A stretch of 64,000 nt of DNA. Origin: Marsupella aquatica (Eukaryota; Plantae; Marchantiophyta). Made by a program: the position numbers and the translations under genes. Where the stretch lies: NCBI GenBank assembly GCA_973895155.1, contig OZ316898.1:6869079-6933078 (forward strand), in the 5' to 3' direction. Positions 37,349 to 48,848 of this stretch are shown piece by piece. Under the pieces are notes generated by a model, which was given only the letters and a program-made list of their open reading frames with translations, searched no databases and was not told where the DNA came from. Numbering within the stretch: the stretch's first letter is position 1; each line of letters opens with the position of its first letter.

Positions 37349-38415
37349 GTTCAACTTGTTGGTCAACTCATGTTTCTTCTCATATTGAAAAAGAAACAAG
37401 TTCATCGTCCAATCACAATGGCCACAATTGCTCATGCCATGGGTAAATGTCCCTCCCGTGAAGATCTTTACATGCAAGTGCAACAAGAAAAAACAAAACG
37501 ATCAATTTATATAGAAGATTTTTGAGCTGTTCGACCAACATGGTATGTAAATGTACCTAGTGGGAACCGTGCACTTTTTTGTTATACATTATTTCTATGA
37601 TATTATTGTCTTCTCATTTTATACTGTGATCTTAATTTTATAGGTAATGATCAGACTTTTTATTGCAGGTATGGTTTCATGCAGTCTTTGATTAATGCTC
37701 CAGAAGAAATTTTATAGGTAATGATCAGACTTTTTATTGCAGGTATGGTTTCATGCAGTCTTTGATTAATGCTCCAGAAGAATCAAGAGAGGGTCTCATT
37801 GACAGCATGGAGGATATAATGCCTGAATATTATTGCAGGGTTGTAACACTTGACCCAAACTGGTCAACTGAAGCATTTCAGAAAGCAACTATAAAATTTT
37901 ATGCAGATATCATATATGAGACTCTATTTGGAGCTTGCAGCATGGTTGGTGCACTACTTCATGACGGATTCTTCTCATTGGCGAAGACTGTGATGGCATC
38001 TCCCTTCATTAACGAGGCTGAAAAGAAGCTTGTGTTGACAAGTACATTTAAAGACGTCTCTGTGAAAGCCATGCAAGCATTTTTCAGTGCGCAACAAGGA
38101 ATCACAAATAGAGAGTTTTTGTCAAGGGTCAGATATTCAATAGATTTTCCACCAGCATTGAAAGACTTATTTCAAGAAGCAATTGGTCAATTTTCTGGTG
38201 TTGAAACCTATAGATTATATAGGTTTATTACAGATGAGAAATACAATGCAGGTACAATATGTCATGTGAATTTTAGCCCTAGTCGACCTTCGAGCTCTTT
38301 GCCTATTGCATCCACCTGTTCTAAACAAATTGATATTCCTGCATATCCAAATGTGGAAGTGATGCACTCCAAGTTGGTCATGGCTAGTTTCAACACCGCC
38401 TACGGCAAGTTATAA
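37349..38415 (+). pseudogene. HECT-domain E3 ubiquitin ligase-like gene (C-terminal exons only) carried by the transposon
   Basis: Exons 37349-37542 (VQLVGQLMFLLIL...DL; in-frame TGA at 37523-37525) and 37743-38415 splice in phase. The C-terminus LYRFITD...LPIASTCSKQIDIPAYPNVEVMHSKLVMASFNTAYGKL matches the HECT C-lobe LPxAxTC...LP.Y...KL..A...FG, with catalytic Cys at 38317-38319. Confidence 0.8.
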
Positions 38416-39038
38416 GGATTATTATCTTCTGATAAGATTCAACAAAGGTAATTTTTCAACCGTTGCATGTGTTAATTGTATTGTGGAAACTCGTATTGTT
38501 TTTTCTCAGTATCATTAATGTGAATATATTTCATGTTGTTTTTTCAGGATTTTCAGGTTATACACTCTACAAGAGACGATAGAAATGCAATGGCTTGGAA
38601 GGATCACAGAAGAAAACATTGTTGGATACCAGACAGCCTCCAATAGTTATTTTTTATCTAGCTTGCTAATCATCAAGAATTAGTATTTAAGGCAAAAATT
38701 ACTTATCTTTGAGTTTGGAGGCAACACAATGTACTTTGATTTTAAGTAATGTGATTGAGAGTTCATTTCAAAGTTGACAGAAATTGCTATTTATTAATCT
38801 ATCTTGTGTAATGGTTGGTAAAGACTTTGGACTGTTCAAACTTCACAATAATGTCTCTATCATAGCCTGGATGGAATTGATCATTTTGAATCCCAAAACT
38901 TCTACCAAAGAGGCAGTTCAAAATATTTTTGACACATTAGTAAATATATTAACGTTCCATTGAAAGTAGTGGCACAAGAGTGTTTTTGTAGAACAAATAA
39001 ACTGTCAGCTCTTAAACCTTGAGGAGTACTTGCAGTTT

Positions 39039-39235
39039 CATCATGATTCAACAAGAAAGGCACTTCTAAGGCCAATATTGTCCAAAAGACAAGCATTGCA
39101 GGATGCACAGACATAAACATTTTCATCATGATTCAACAAGAAAGACACTTTTAAGCCCAATACTATCCTGTGCTTGGATGCCCAATATTTTCCAATCCAA
39201 AAGACAAGCATTGAAGGATGCAGAGGTATAAAGGA
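39039..39235. repeat. Tandem duplication of ~90 bp inside the transposon
   Basis: catcatgattcaacaagaaag.cactt.taag.ccaata...tccaaaagacaagcattg.aggatgca occurs twice. Confidence 0.75.
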
Positions 39236-41273
39236 CTTGTAGACCTATATAATTAGTAACTTTAAGCATGTCAACATTTGGGGGTAATTGTTTGTTCAGC
39301 ATTCAACACCAGGCCTCTAGTTGCTCCATAACATCTCTAATTTTGCCATTGAGGGATGCACGATTTGTCCTTTGAGGATCCCACCCACCTCAGAATGATA
39401 TACTCCCTATCTCAATTAGAGTGGACTAATAAATTTCATAAAAATAGAAGGCAAGAAGGAGGTGCTTGTCTGTTGTGATCAAGGCCCATGTCCCAATGAT
39501 AGACGAGTCAAATCCATTGGGAAGAGTAAATCTATCAATGGAGGAGTTGAATCAACATGCAGACTTACTTGGCCATGGTTGGAACTTGTAGATATGGAGT
39601 AACAACATTCTTCCCAGATGACTAACCTAATCTTTCAGGTTGGCCTCTTCTTTCCTTGAAACTTAAAAGTATTGGCTGAGTAAAGTACAAATTTTCTCCC
39701 CATGTCTTCGAGCCAACAAAAAGTACAGTTGGACAGTTGGACATTTCTGGTTGGCTTGTAGATAAGGGGAGAAATTTTCACTTTACGGAACCGTACAGAG
39801 AAAAAACAACTATGTAAGGAGAGAAAAAAAACATTCACACTTTTCAAGATGATTTATTTTGGTCAACTTTTTTTGCTTCTTCATTGATTTGGTATATAAA
39901 TGTGTTTTACTCTCCAACTCTCTGATTGAATGTTATGTTTTGCTCTTTGAATTTTTTTTGTTCGGTGTAGGAAATATTTTGTGAGTTTTCACTCATGAGT
40001 AGAATTCTTGTGATTTCAAGGATTGAAAAGTTTCAAAATATTGTATACAAAAATGAAGGATGAAATAGTTTTTGAATTTCAAAAAGTGGAGAAAAAATAT
40101 CAATTTTGTTAGAATATTTTAAAAACATAATTCATGTGTGAATGATATTATGTATCACATGATAATGTTCAAAATGTTTTTGTTGAATTAATGAAGTGAG
40201 TGAGAGATTATTTCAAATTACTTCAAACGCGTGCAAATTACACTTTAGGGTATCCTACAAAATAAGTTGGGGTATTTGTATTTTTCTTGTGAAATATTGA
40301 ATATTTTCTCTCTTTAGACTCTTTTTCTGGAAAAAACTCCCCACAACATTTCGAACACCGTACCTGGCACCAAGGTACCAAGGTATACGGAGTTACGGAC
40401 TGGAAGACCTTGGAAGTTCATTGCGGCACGGCACAAGTACCGAGGCCGAACGAACTTACCTTAGCCGGTCACGAGGGGGACAAGTTGGACGGGAAGCGTG
40501 GGAGTACCACGGTTACCCGGGCGAAGGGGCGGACTGACGGAGGGACAAGTTAATCGATGTGGAGCACGAGACGGACGAGCCGCTCGAACGCCTTGCCCTG
40601 AGTACTCACGCACTGTATTTGCGTGAGAACTACCGGCTCATAAGAGGCCGGCAAAACGATTCAAAGTAGTTTGCAGTCGTCGGCCACAGAACTTGAGGAC
40701 TGCAATAATAAATTGTCCGACACATTGCCGGAATCTGCAGCTAGGACATCATGTTACAACGTCAGCTGGGGGCTTGGGAAGTACTCACCAAGGTACAAGT
40801 CGTTGAGCTAATACAACCTGTCAGAGTTGAAATTCATATAAGTATGACAGGAATTCACTCACCAGTCCATACATTTTTCAAGGGGTCACCCGTTACAAAT
40901 TTAAGGGTGAGGGGAACAGGGAACAGGAGGGAGAGGGTGGCTGCAACCAAAGCTCAGGTGGACGATCTACAATAGGTGTTGGTCAAATGCAAAACGTCAA
41001 TAACTCAGAAAATAAAAAATGATGGGCATAGATCCGTGCTGACTCCTAGGTAATACCTTTCAAACTATATGATCAAAACCAACAAAAATTTGGTGCATTT
41101 AAAAGCTCATTCTCGTCCCTTGGTGGGTCGTTACATGTTCAATATTAAGAGAGAAATCAAGCTTGCAAGTTCCCCATGGGAGGCTGGCACTAAAGACACT
41201 TTACAGAATCTTGTCTCCAGAATCAAAAATCAATTAACTGTTTCTGGAATCAAAAATCAAAAAATTGTTTTAT

Positions 41274-41386
41274 AAAGGAAAATCTGTGAAACCCCACAAA
41301 AAGGGAAGATTCAATCACAATACTTGAACCCAAGACCGATAGGTCTATACTCTAGTGAACTATCCCAAAGTCATGCCACTCTGGGC
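41274..41386 (-). mobile_element. tRNA-derived SINE, copy 3
   Basis: Reverse complement reads gcccagagtggcatgactttgggatagttcactagag...gtcttgggttcaag...gtggggtttcacagattttcctt. Confidence 0.7.
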
Positions 41387-43269
41387 AACTATGCTCTTTT
41401 TAATCTATTGTGTATAGCTATAAGGCCTGCTGAAATTGAACTCCAACCAACATTGGATAATTTTCTTACACAGGAGAGATTTACAACTAGCCATTACAGA
41501 AAAGTAGAACAACAACAAATCAAGTAGAAAGTTCGTCACTAGATAATGTCTTCCGTATACAAATGAACCAAGAAACCCAGTCCCTAAAAGTACACAGCCC
41601 TAGAATGAATGGTTTGGAATTGACTTTTTACATTTTGGTAGTGTGTTTGGTCATCATCCTGGTACATGGTACATGGGTTGGAACTGACTTTTTGTGGTTG
41701 GTTTTATGGGTTTTAGTCATCATTTCGAACCAAACCCAATAAGGTTGAAAGGCACGGTAAAACACCAGTGTCCTCACTTTCTTGTCAACCCCCTAATAAG
41801 TTATATCTTGTATTGTCTTCCCCCATTGTTACACTCATTCCTTCCTAGCGGTGGGTACTTATTGCCCTACTAAAAAACTCATGCACGACAAACAAATAGG
41901 CTCGCGAACTAAGCCGAGAGGGCGAACAAACAGAGGACCTTCCTCCCTCCGTCCGTTCTGTTCATGCTCTATCGAATCCATATCGAATCCGAGGCATATA
42001 CAGTGCGGAACTCCTTCGTGCCCTGTGCTGCAGTGCAGCTATGAAGTTGAGTAAGCTCAGCACTCATCATTACTCGAGTGGCAGATTTCATTTCATTTGG
42101 TTTGCTTTCGTCGTTTCTGTATCTGCTTCGAGGAGTCGAACGGTATAGGGGCCCACCACCATCCAGACCCACGGGCCCCGCTCCCGCCATCGGCGAATCA
42201 ACGGAGCAAAGACCGTTTTGCGCTAGAGATGTGTGGTGGGCGTCGCCCGATGCTAATCGACGGAGTAGGCAGCTTTGTGCTCGTACGCTGTGCGGTTGGC
42301 GTAGATCTAGCTCTGGCCAGCGGACAGCTAGCGCAGCCTACCGGAAGGACCGGCAGTTGACAGAGATCAGGACTAAAAGGGGCCGGGCCAAGGTACTTTA
42401 AGGCTTTTTGTTTTGCGCCAAGAGTGAACCAGACTAGGGTACTTTTTTTCTCTAGGTTTTTTGTTTTTCGCCGAAGGATACTCGGCCACAGTATTTTTCA
42501 TGTTTTTATCATCCAGGATCGTCGAACGTGAAGATGCTACGAAACTTTCTACTGTAATTTCCTTGTATCAGTTTTTTGACCCTAGATAAAGGATATGTGA
42601 TTCTGGCTACTGGGTATGTGCATAGGTGAGAAATTGGCTAATCCGACTCAAAATGCCTGACTACTATAGTGGCTTTGGTGACAATGCTCTTGGAATTTCT
42701 TAGTGAGGTGTGTTATTTTTGTAGCATAACTATGGCAAGATAATTAAACTGGAATTTCAAAATATAATGAAATGGATAAATGTGGCAAAATCAAACACAA
42801 ATTTACTCTATTTGTGTGACAGTGTGAATTTGCTAGATTTATCCTAAATATTAAGTTCTATTTTGAAAATCTTGGCATAGTCTTTCCAGTCTAGACTTGT
42901 CACTCTCAATATTTGGGCAAGTGTACATCTAATTTGCATTTTGTTACCGTATTTAGTAAACAATAGGGTAATGTTTGCCGAAGGTGAGCAAACATTTTCA
43001 CCGAAATGAAATTTGGTGAATTTCGCCAATAAACAAATGGCCCGACTCGGCAGTCAAGGCTCGAGTAAGGGAATGCATCCCTGGGCAGGCCTCTTTTGGG
43101 GAAAGAATATCATGCTGCATGGCGATCGGGTGTCCTCCACGCCGCAACCTGGCGTCTAGTGCAACAAAAATAGCAAAGACTTACACGATTGACGTTAACT
43201 AAGATTTCATAAATACTTCACCACACTACTACTACTGTACTCCCCGTCTCACGAGTCCCGCCTCCTTGC

Positions 43270-43660
43270 GAAGCTGACTAGCCTAGTTTCGTGGGTTTTC
43301 TTTCTTTCTTCGTCTCGAAAGGGAATTAATGGCGATTGTAGAATTAGTCTACTAGACTAGTACAGTACTCCGCTTCTAACGAGCCGACTTTCGTCGGTTT
43401 TCTTTTGTTCTCCGTCCCGAGAGGAAATTAATGGAGATTTTAGAATTAGTGCACTACTGTACTCCCCATCTAACAAGTCGACTTTCGTGGGGTTCTTTTT
43501 TTCTTCGTCGCACAAGGGAAATTAATGGAGATTTTAGAATTCGTCTACTAGACTAACTACCCCCCGTCTAATGGGTTTGCTTCCCGTCTGGAGCTGACTA
43601 GGAAAATTTAATGTGATTCTTTTTCCGTGGGTCTGGAAAGGGAACGAAGCTTTTAGAATT
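43270..43660. repeat. Tandem array of about 4 units of ~95-100 bp; two more units at 47700-47860
   Basis: tttcgtgggttttctttc..cgtc.cg..agggaaattaatggagattttagaattagt...tactccc recurs at 43287, 43388, 43483, and in diverged form at 47714 and 47808. Confidence 0.8.
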
Positions 43661-44938
43661 AGTCCACTCGAGTAATGTAGCAATAATACGTTGGGGCAAA
43701 TAATAATTATAAAAAAATGACTCCAAGCCCAGTAAAGTAACGTTTCTAAAAAGTCGAGCTGAAATAACACTCAAGTGAATCCTTAAAAGTTGGGCTAGAA
43801 AAACATGCCCACCTCTTTGGGAAATGGGGAGGAAATGAGATTCTAGACAAGACAGTGTTCAAAAGAACATCTGAGGCCAAAGGCTCTGAAAAAAGTGTTT
43901 TTGTTGAAATAGGTCAGTAAGCACATGTGTTGGCTGGGTGTCAGCAAAATGCCAGGAAAATTCTACTCAAACAACTTTTCGTCTGGGACTTCTTTTGTTG
44001 CTCTTCATTGTATTTTTTCTGGCACTTTCTATGTAGTATATTTTTTTCTCCATTTTGGCTTGGAAAAATGAAAATAATTTGCTATCCAAGATTGCAAACT
44101 AGATTACGATTACAGTGCTACCCCTCTTCTCGCAAAGCTGGCCTGGTGATTTTCATGGGTATCCTTTTTGACTTTCAGTTCAGCTTTGTCGTGAGGGCCC
44201 TAAAATGTCTCCTAATCTTTTGTCCGCCCATATAATTTTGCGCATATGAGTTTGAAAAATATAATATACAATATTAAAAGAGAGGCATTTGTAACAGTTC
44301 AGCTTTTGTGACCAAACCTCTTGATCACTAACCTGGTTTTCTTCATCTCAAAGTAATGGAGACATGGCTGTGCAATGCGCCCCCATCACTGGACATTCTC
44401 CTGGCTTGTCTCCTAAATTGTACATCCTTGCACTAAACCTTATGCCCCTACCTCATATGTGCAAAGTTTACCAGAATTGACTTTCACTTATCATGAGTGT
44501 AAGTCAAAGCAATTGTGTGCATAACCCACATAGAGGGTTTGCATGTGATATTTGTTGTTTAGTGGAGCCCTCTATGCAATTTCCAAAACTCCAAAAAGGT
44601 GGCAAAATGCTCAGAAAATACAGGGAAGAATGGGGTCTTACAGAAACAATTTCTGTAAGATCTACTTTAACTTTGGGTCTGTCAATTGTGTTATGGAAGA
44701 GAATATACACATACTTTAAACAGAAAAAGGCCAAATAAAGTACAAAAGAATAAACAAGAGAGGTCCCAAGTGGACAAAACCAAACGCAAAAGAAGTGAGC
44801 AAAAGGAAACCTTAAAAACCAAGAAAGAGGAACCAAAAGAAGTGAGCAAAAGGTAACCCCTAAAAACCAAGAAAGAGTAACTAAAACTACCGCAAATGGA
44901 CCGAGGTCCTCATCATACCTAGCAAATGTGGCTACAAG

Positions 44939-45789
44939 CTACTGGTCTACATCAAGTGTCGAAACTAGATCGGCAAGTGGGACAGGAATGTCCTCTAGGG
45001 GGGCTAGCCGCTGCGGAGTCACACTAACACCCACTGTCAGAGATCGACGATAGACGGCCCGAGCTTGAGCACGCTGTAAGGTGACTGAAATGCGTTGGCG
45101 AAAGTGCATGGTCAAAACAGATAGCGGGGGCCCGGTGGGACCCATCCAGCCGTGAACATCCCGAGCAGCTTGGCGAAGAAGCCCGTCGAACTGAGGATGG
45201 AGACGCCCAAATATCTCAAGAGCAAGGGGCAGGAAGCTATCAGATGAAGCTCGTGCAGCATATTTGGCCTCCTTCGTTTGTGCTGCTCGTGATGCTGCTG
45301 CCCCTGCCGTTGTTGCCGCTGTCCCAATGATGTCTTGGCGCAATGGGTTTGCCACCACTACATCTGCCAAAGTACGGTGACCGTCACGGACCATGGTAAG
45401 ATCCACCCGTAACCGCTGTGATGGAGGACCAGGTAACTCGAGCACCACCTCCCGCCGCGCGCAGACCAAAGAGCCAGAGAGAACCTGAGCAGTCGCATCT
45501 CTCACAGCGTCGTGAACAAAAATGGTTTCGCCGCCCAAACTACATCGAAGAAGATGGACACCTGTGGCATCACAAGGCTTCCCACAAGTGCAAGTAGGAG
45601 GTAAACCAGCAAGAAGTGGGTGGGGCAAGCCCATACGAAGACGCATGGCTGTCGCAAACTCCGCTGAAGACATCCGCAGGTGAGGAATGACTGGATTGGC
45701 CTGAAGCCAGCCTCCTGCGCCCTTCCCTCCGGAAGAAAGAATCCGAGCTCGGTCCGTGTCAGGTGCCTCGGTGAGGATGCTGGAAGGGT
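44939..45789 (-). CDS. CCHC zinc knuckle and restriction-like endonuclease portion of the CRE-like polyprotein
   Basis: AGGWLQANP, CTCGKPCDATGVHLLRC (CCHC), HDAVRD, RVDL...LADVVV (PD..D), TKEAKY, PLALEIFG, ISVTLQRAQA. Confidence 0.9.
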
Positions 45790-47520
45790 CAAAGCGTGCA
45801 TACGCCCAGCAAGGTCTGCCTGAAGACGGATGGGGTCCAAGGATAAAAACTCCTGGAATGAAGGTAACGCAGCTCGAACAGGATCGGGTAATGATGACCG
45901 AGCCGTGCGCAAATGAACCTGAAATGGGAGGGAACCCTCCTCGACCTCCATGAGAGATGAAAGTAAAAAAGGTCGATCCTCAGTAAGGAAACGATCTGCC
46001 AACAATGAGAAGGCGGCCGCCCACGCGCCCAAGAAGACCAAAGGTGCAAGGCGCTCAGTGGAAGTAAGCCCAAAACCACCGTGAGAAATAGGAAGACTGA
46101 GCTGTCGATGAAGCCACGGAGATGAGAGTAAAGTACCTGGCCCTAAAAGAGAGGCCAAAGTCTCACGAATGGAGACATCAAACGCTCGGAGGTGTAGAGA
46201 AAGATCCTCGGTAGGGGGATGTGTCCGAGCCAAATAGGACGCACGAGGGTGGATGCATCTCAATAACAACCCAAATGCTGCCTGAGAGTCTGCTAACTTA
46301 GGGAGCATAGGAGTAGGGGCTAAGGTAGCCTGGAGAGCGTCAGCAATGAAAGATGAGCAAAAGGAGGCGGTACCGACTGGGGAGCCAAGGACCCGAAGAC
46401 CGTCGGCAGGACGTAAGAACCCAGGGGGAAGCGCAAGATCAGAGGGTAACCCAGCTGGACTCCATGCACGACTCTTCACCGGCTGTACTCGTAAACCGAG
46501 GCCCAACAAATGGGTGGAAAGGGTGGCGAGGGCAGAAGTAACAGCAAAAGGTGGACCAATGATGTGGGTGTCATCTGAAAGGGAGGGGAAGATACACTGG
46601 GGGTGGGCCGCGGAGGCTTCTCGTAAAGCAGTAAAATGGGCAATGGCAAAAAGAGGCCCACCCAAAGGGTCACCCTGACGTGTACCTTCTGCAGAAGAAA
46701 GAGTGGTATACACTCCTGTAGAGGTGTGATGACTATAGAAGAGGGGGGCCTCAAACCCATAAAAACAACGGACAAAGGGGATAAGGGACTGGATGTCTGG
46801 ATCCGCTGCCCTCAAAGCACGAAAAATTGCTGCCCGAGAAACCGTATTGAAAGCATTGGAGACATCAACCTGGAGGACAACCCAATCAGGGTGGAGGTCC
46901 AAGGTAGTACGAATACCCGCAATAACTGTCTCACAACCGCCAGGAACGCCCACTGCAAACTGATGTGGAGAGAGATGATCCGATAGTGCAGAGCGATACT
47001 GCGATGAAAGTGCGCGAGACACCAGACGAAGAAAAACCTCTCCAATAGCTATGGGCCGAACACCCGGTGAAGACTTAGCCATGGCCAATAAACGAGAAGC
47101 ACTCAAAAGCTGAGAGACGGGAGGAGGCAAACGGCCGGCAGCAATACATTGGCAAAAGGAGAAGAAAACTGGAAAACCAGACTGAGGATCCTCAGGGGGG
47201 AATAAATCACGAAAATGCTCAAAGACATAGCCAGAGGGGCCACCAGCCGCGCAACGCGGAGCATGGAGGAAAGCATAGGTGAAGTGGTCCCTACTAAACT
47301 GAAGATCATCCTCAGGCTCAAAATCCTCCACGAACAAAGGGAGCTGATCATAGGGATGCGGATGGAGATTCTAAAGGGCCGTCAAGGTGACCTCGCCAGG
47401 GGGGGCTGGTGTGGTGGGAGAAAGGGCCTGGACCGCACGACGATATTCACCAGCCTGGGCCAAACGACAAGAGCGACGAAGGCGTCTGTGCTCTGGAGGA
47501 TGAGAGTGGAAGGAGTCCTA
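45790..47520 (-). CDS. Reverse transcriptase portion of the CRE-like polyprotein (frameshifted)
   Basis: Motifs RRLRRSCRLAQAGEYRRAVQAL, AGGPSG, VRPIAIGEVFLRL, QFAVGVPGG, DVSNAFN, GTRQGDPLGG, SLSDDTHI (YADD equivalent), LRVLGSPVG, LPISHGGFG. Confidence 0.9.
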
Positions 47521-48848
47521 GGAATGGCTCCTTGCAATTGGCCGCTCTTTGCACCTACCTAGTGTGCGCAAGGAGAGACCCCTTGGTAGAGCCCTATTTG
47601 CATTTCCAAAACTAAAAGATGAGTGCGAAATGCTGGAAGAAAAGGGACGAACCTGACACGCTTGCAATTATCCAAGGTTTGCAGTTAGGGAGTCGAGAGC
47701 TAGCACTCCCGAATTTCGTGGTTTTTCTGTTTCTCCTCGTCTCGAAATGAAATGAAGTGAAATGAAGATTCTATAATCAGTCCGTCTACTGGACTACTCC
47801 GGTCTGACTTTCGGGGATTTTCTTTTCGCTCTGTGTCCACAAGGGGAGAGTTTTTAATCATTAACACCGAATAAAAGCACGTTTTTCCCGTAGAAACCTC
47901 TGCTCGTGCGACGAGTGATGAGCTGAGAGCTGCAGATGGATGGTCCGATCCTGAAGTGAGGAAGGAGAGGGAGCGGCGATGGCGAGGGCAGAAAACTAGG
48001 GGCGGTGAAGAAGGTCGCAGACTGATGACAGCGATGTCGATTAAGCCACGTGCATTACATGTTACAGTAAAACTCTGTACAGTCAACAGAGAATGAGCGA
48101 GCGAGAGAATTCGAGAGAGGGGAATTATTAGTTGCGAACCTGTTTTGCAAGAAGATTTGGATGTGCCTTGCGCCCGCCATTCCAGGGATTCCTATTCCGT
48201 CTGCTCTTCTTCTTCGTCGTTGCCCCTCCCTCCACAGCCATCCGAGCTGGCGGCCTGGATTTCGAGCCACAGAAGGCACGGGGACAATTGACGGCACTGG
48301 CCGAGAGAGCGTGCCAGGAACGTAGAGGAAAAGGCAGTCAGCGTGGATTTTAGTTTGGTTTTTGTTTCGGACTTGGGGCGTTGGGTTTGTCGAGACGTGA
48401 GGCGGCGAGGGGATGGAAGGGTCCGGGGGGTTTTGACTCACCTCTTGTTTCCTGTGTGTACACTACTGTGTGATAACGTGGATTCGATTGCCGAGGAAGC
48501 GAGGGGATCATATCTCACAATAGTGTGGTGTTATTAGGTTTAATGTGAATCTAAATTAAAATCGCCGCTGATATCGGGAGAGTGAAATCCGGTGATTCGT
48601 TGGATTGCTTTCAGTGTCGTCGGGAGAGATGGCGATTGGATTGAGAGGGGAAGGCTGAGAGGAAAGTGGGTTGATGATTGCGTTTCAAGCGAATGGACCT
48701 CTGCTGCTCCAGGGAGTCTCGTACAGTCGTCGAGTCCGGTGTCAAATCAGCTAACGGTGATGGGTGAAGGAGACGAAGGTGATGGATGAATCATGTCGGG
48801 TCTCGTATTGTTGTGGGGGCCTGCACCGTGGCAGCAAGCTGAGGAATA

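Larger units (their letters stand above)
32292..40362. mobile_element. IS3EU-like DNA transposon (internally deleted) with DDE transposase and HECT genes
   Basis: Left end TACGGTGTTTGAAATGTTGCGGGGAG; rc of right end TACGGTGTTCGAAATGTTGTGGGGAG (24/26 identical), with looser similarity for ~60 bp. Perfect 6-bp TSD CCTGGC at 32286-32291 and 40363-40368. Contains an integrase-core gene. Confidence 0.9.
44700..47530 (-). mobile_element. 5'-truncated non-LTR retrotransposon with restriction-like endonuclease (CRE-like clade)
   Basis: Single RT + CCHC + RLE polyprotein broken by frameshifts near 47385 and 45790, followed by a T-rich 3' UTR at 44700-44938 with an internal 48-bp duplication. Confidence 0.9.

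Noticed and set aside
45756-47615. Plus-strand ORFs over the retrotransposon
   Set aside because: Antisense shadows of the GC-rich RT coding sequence.
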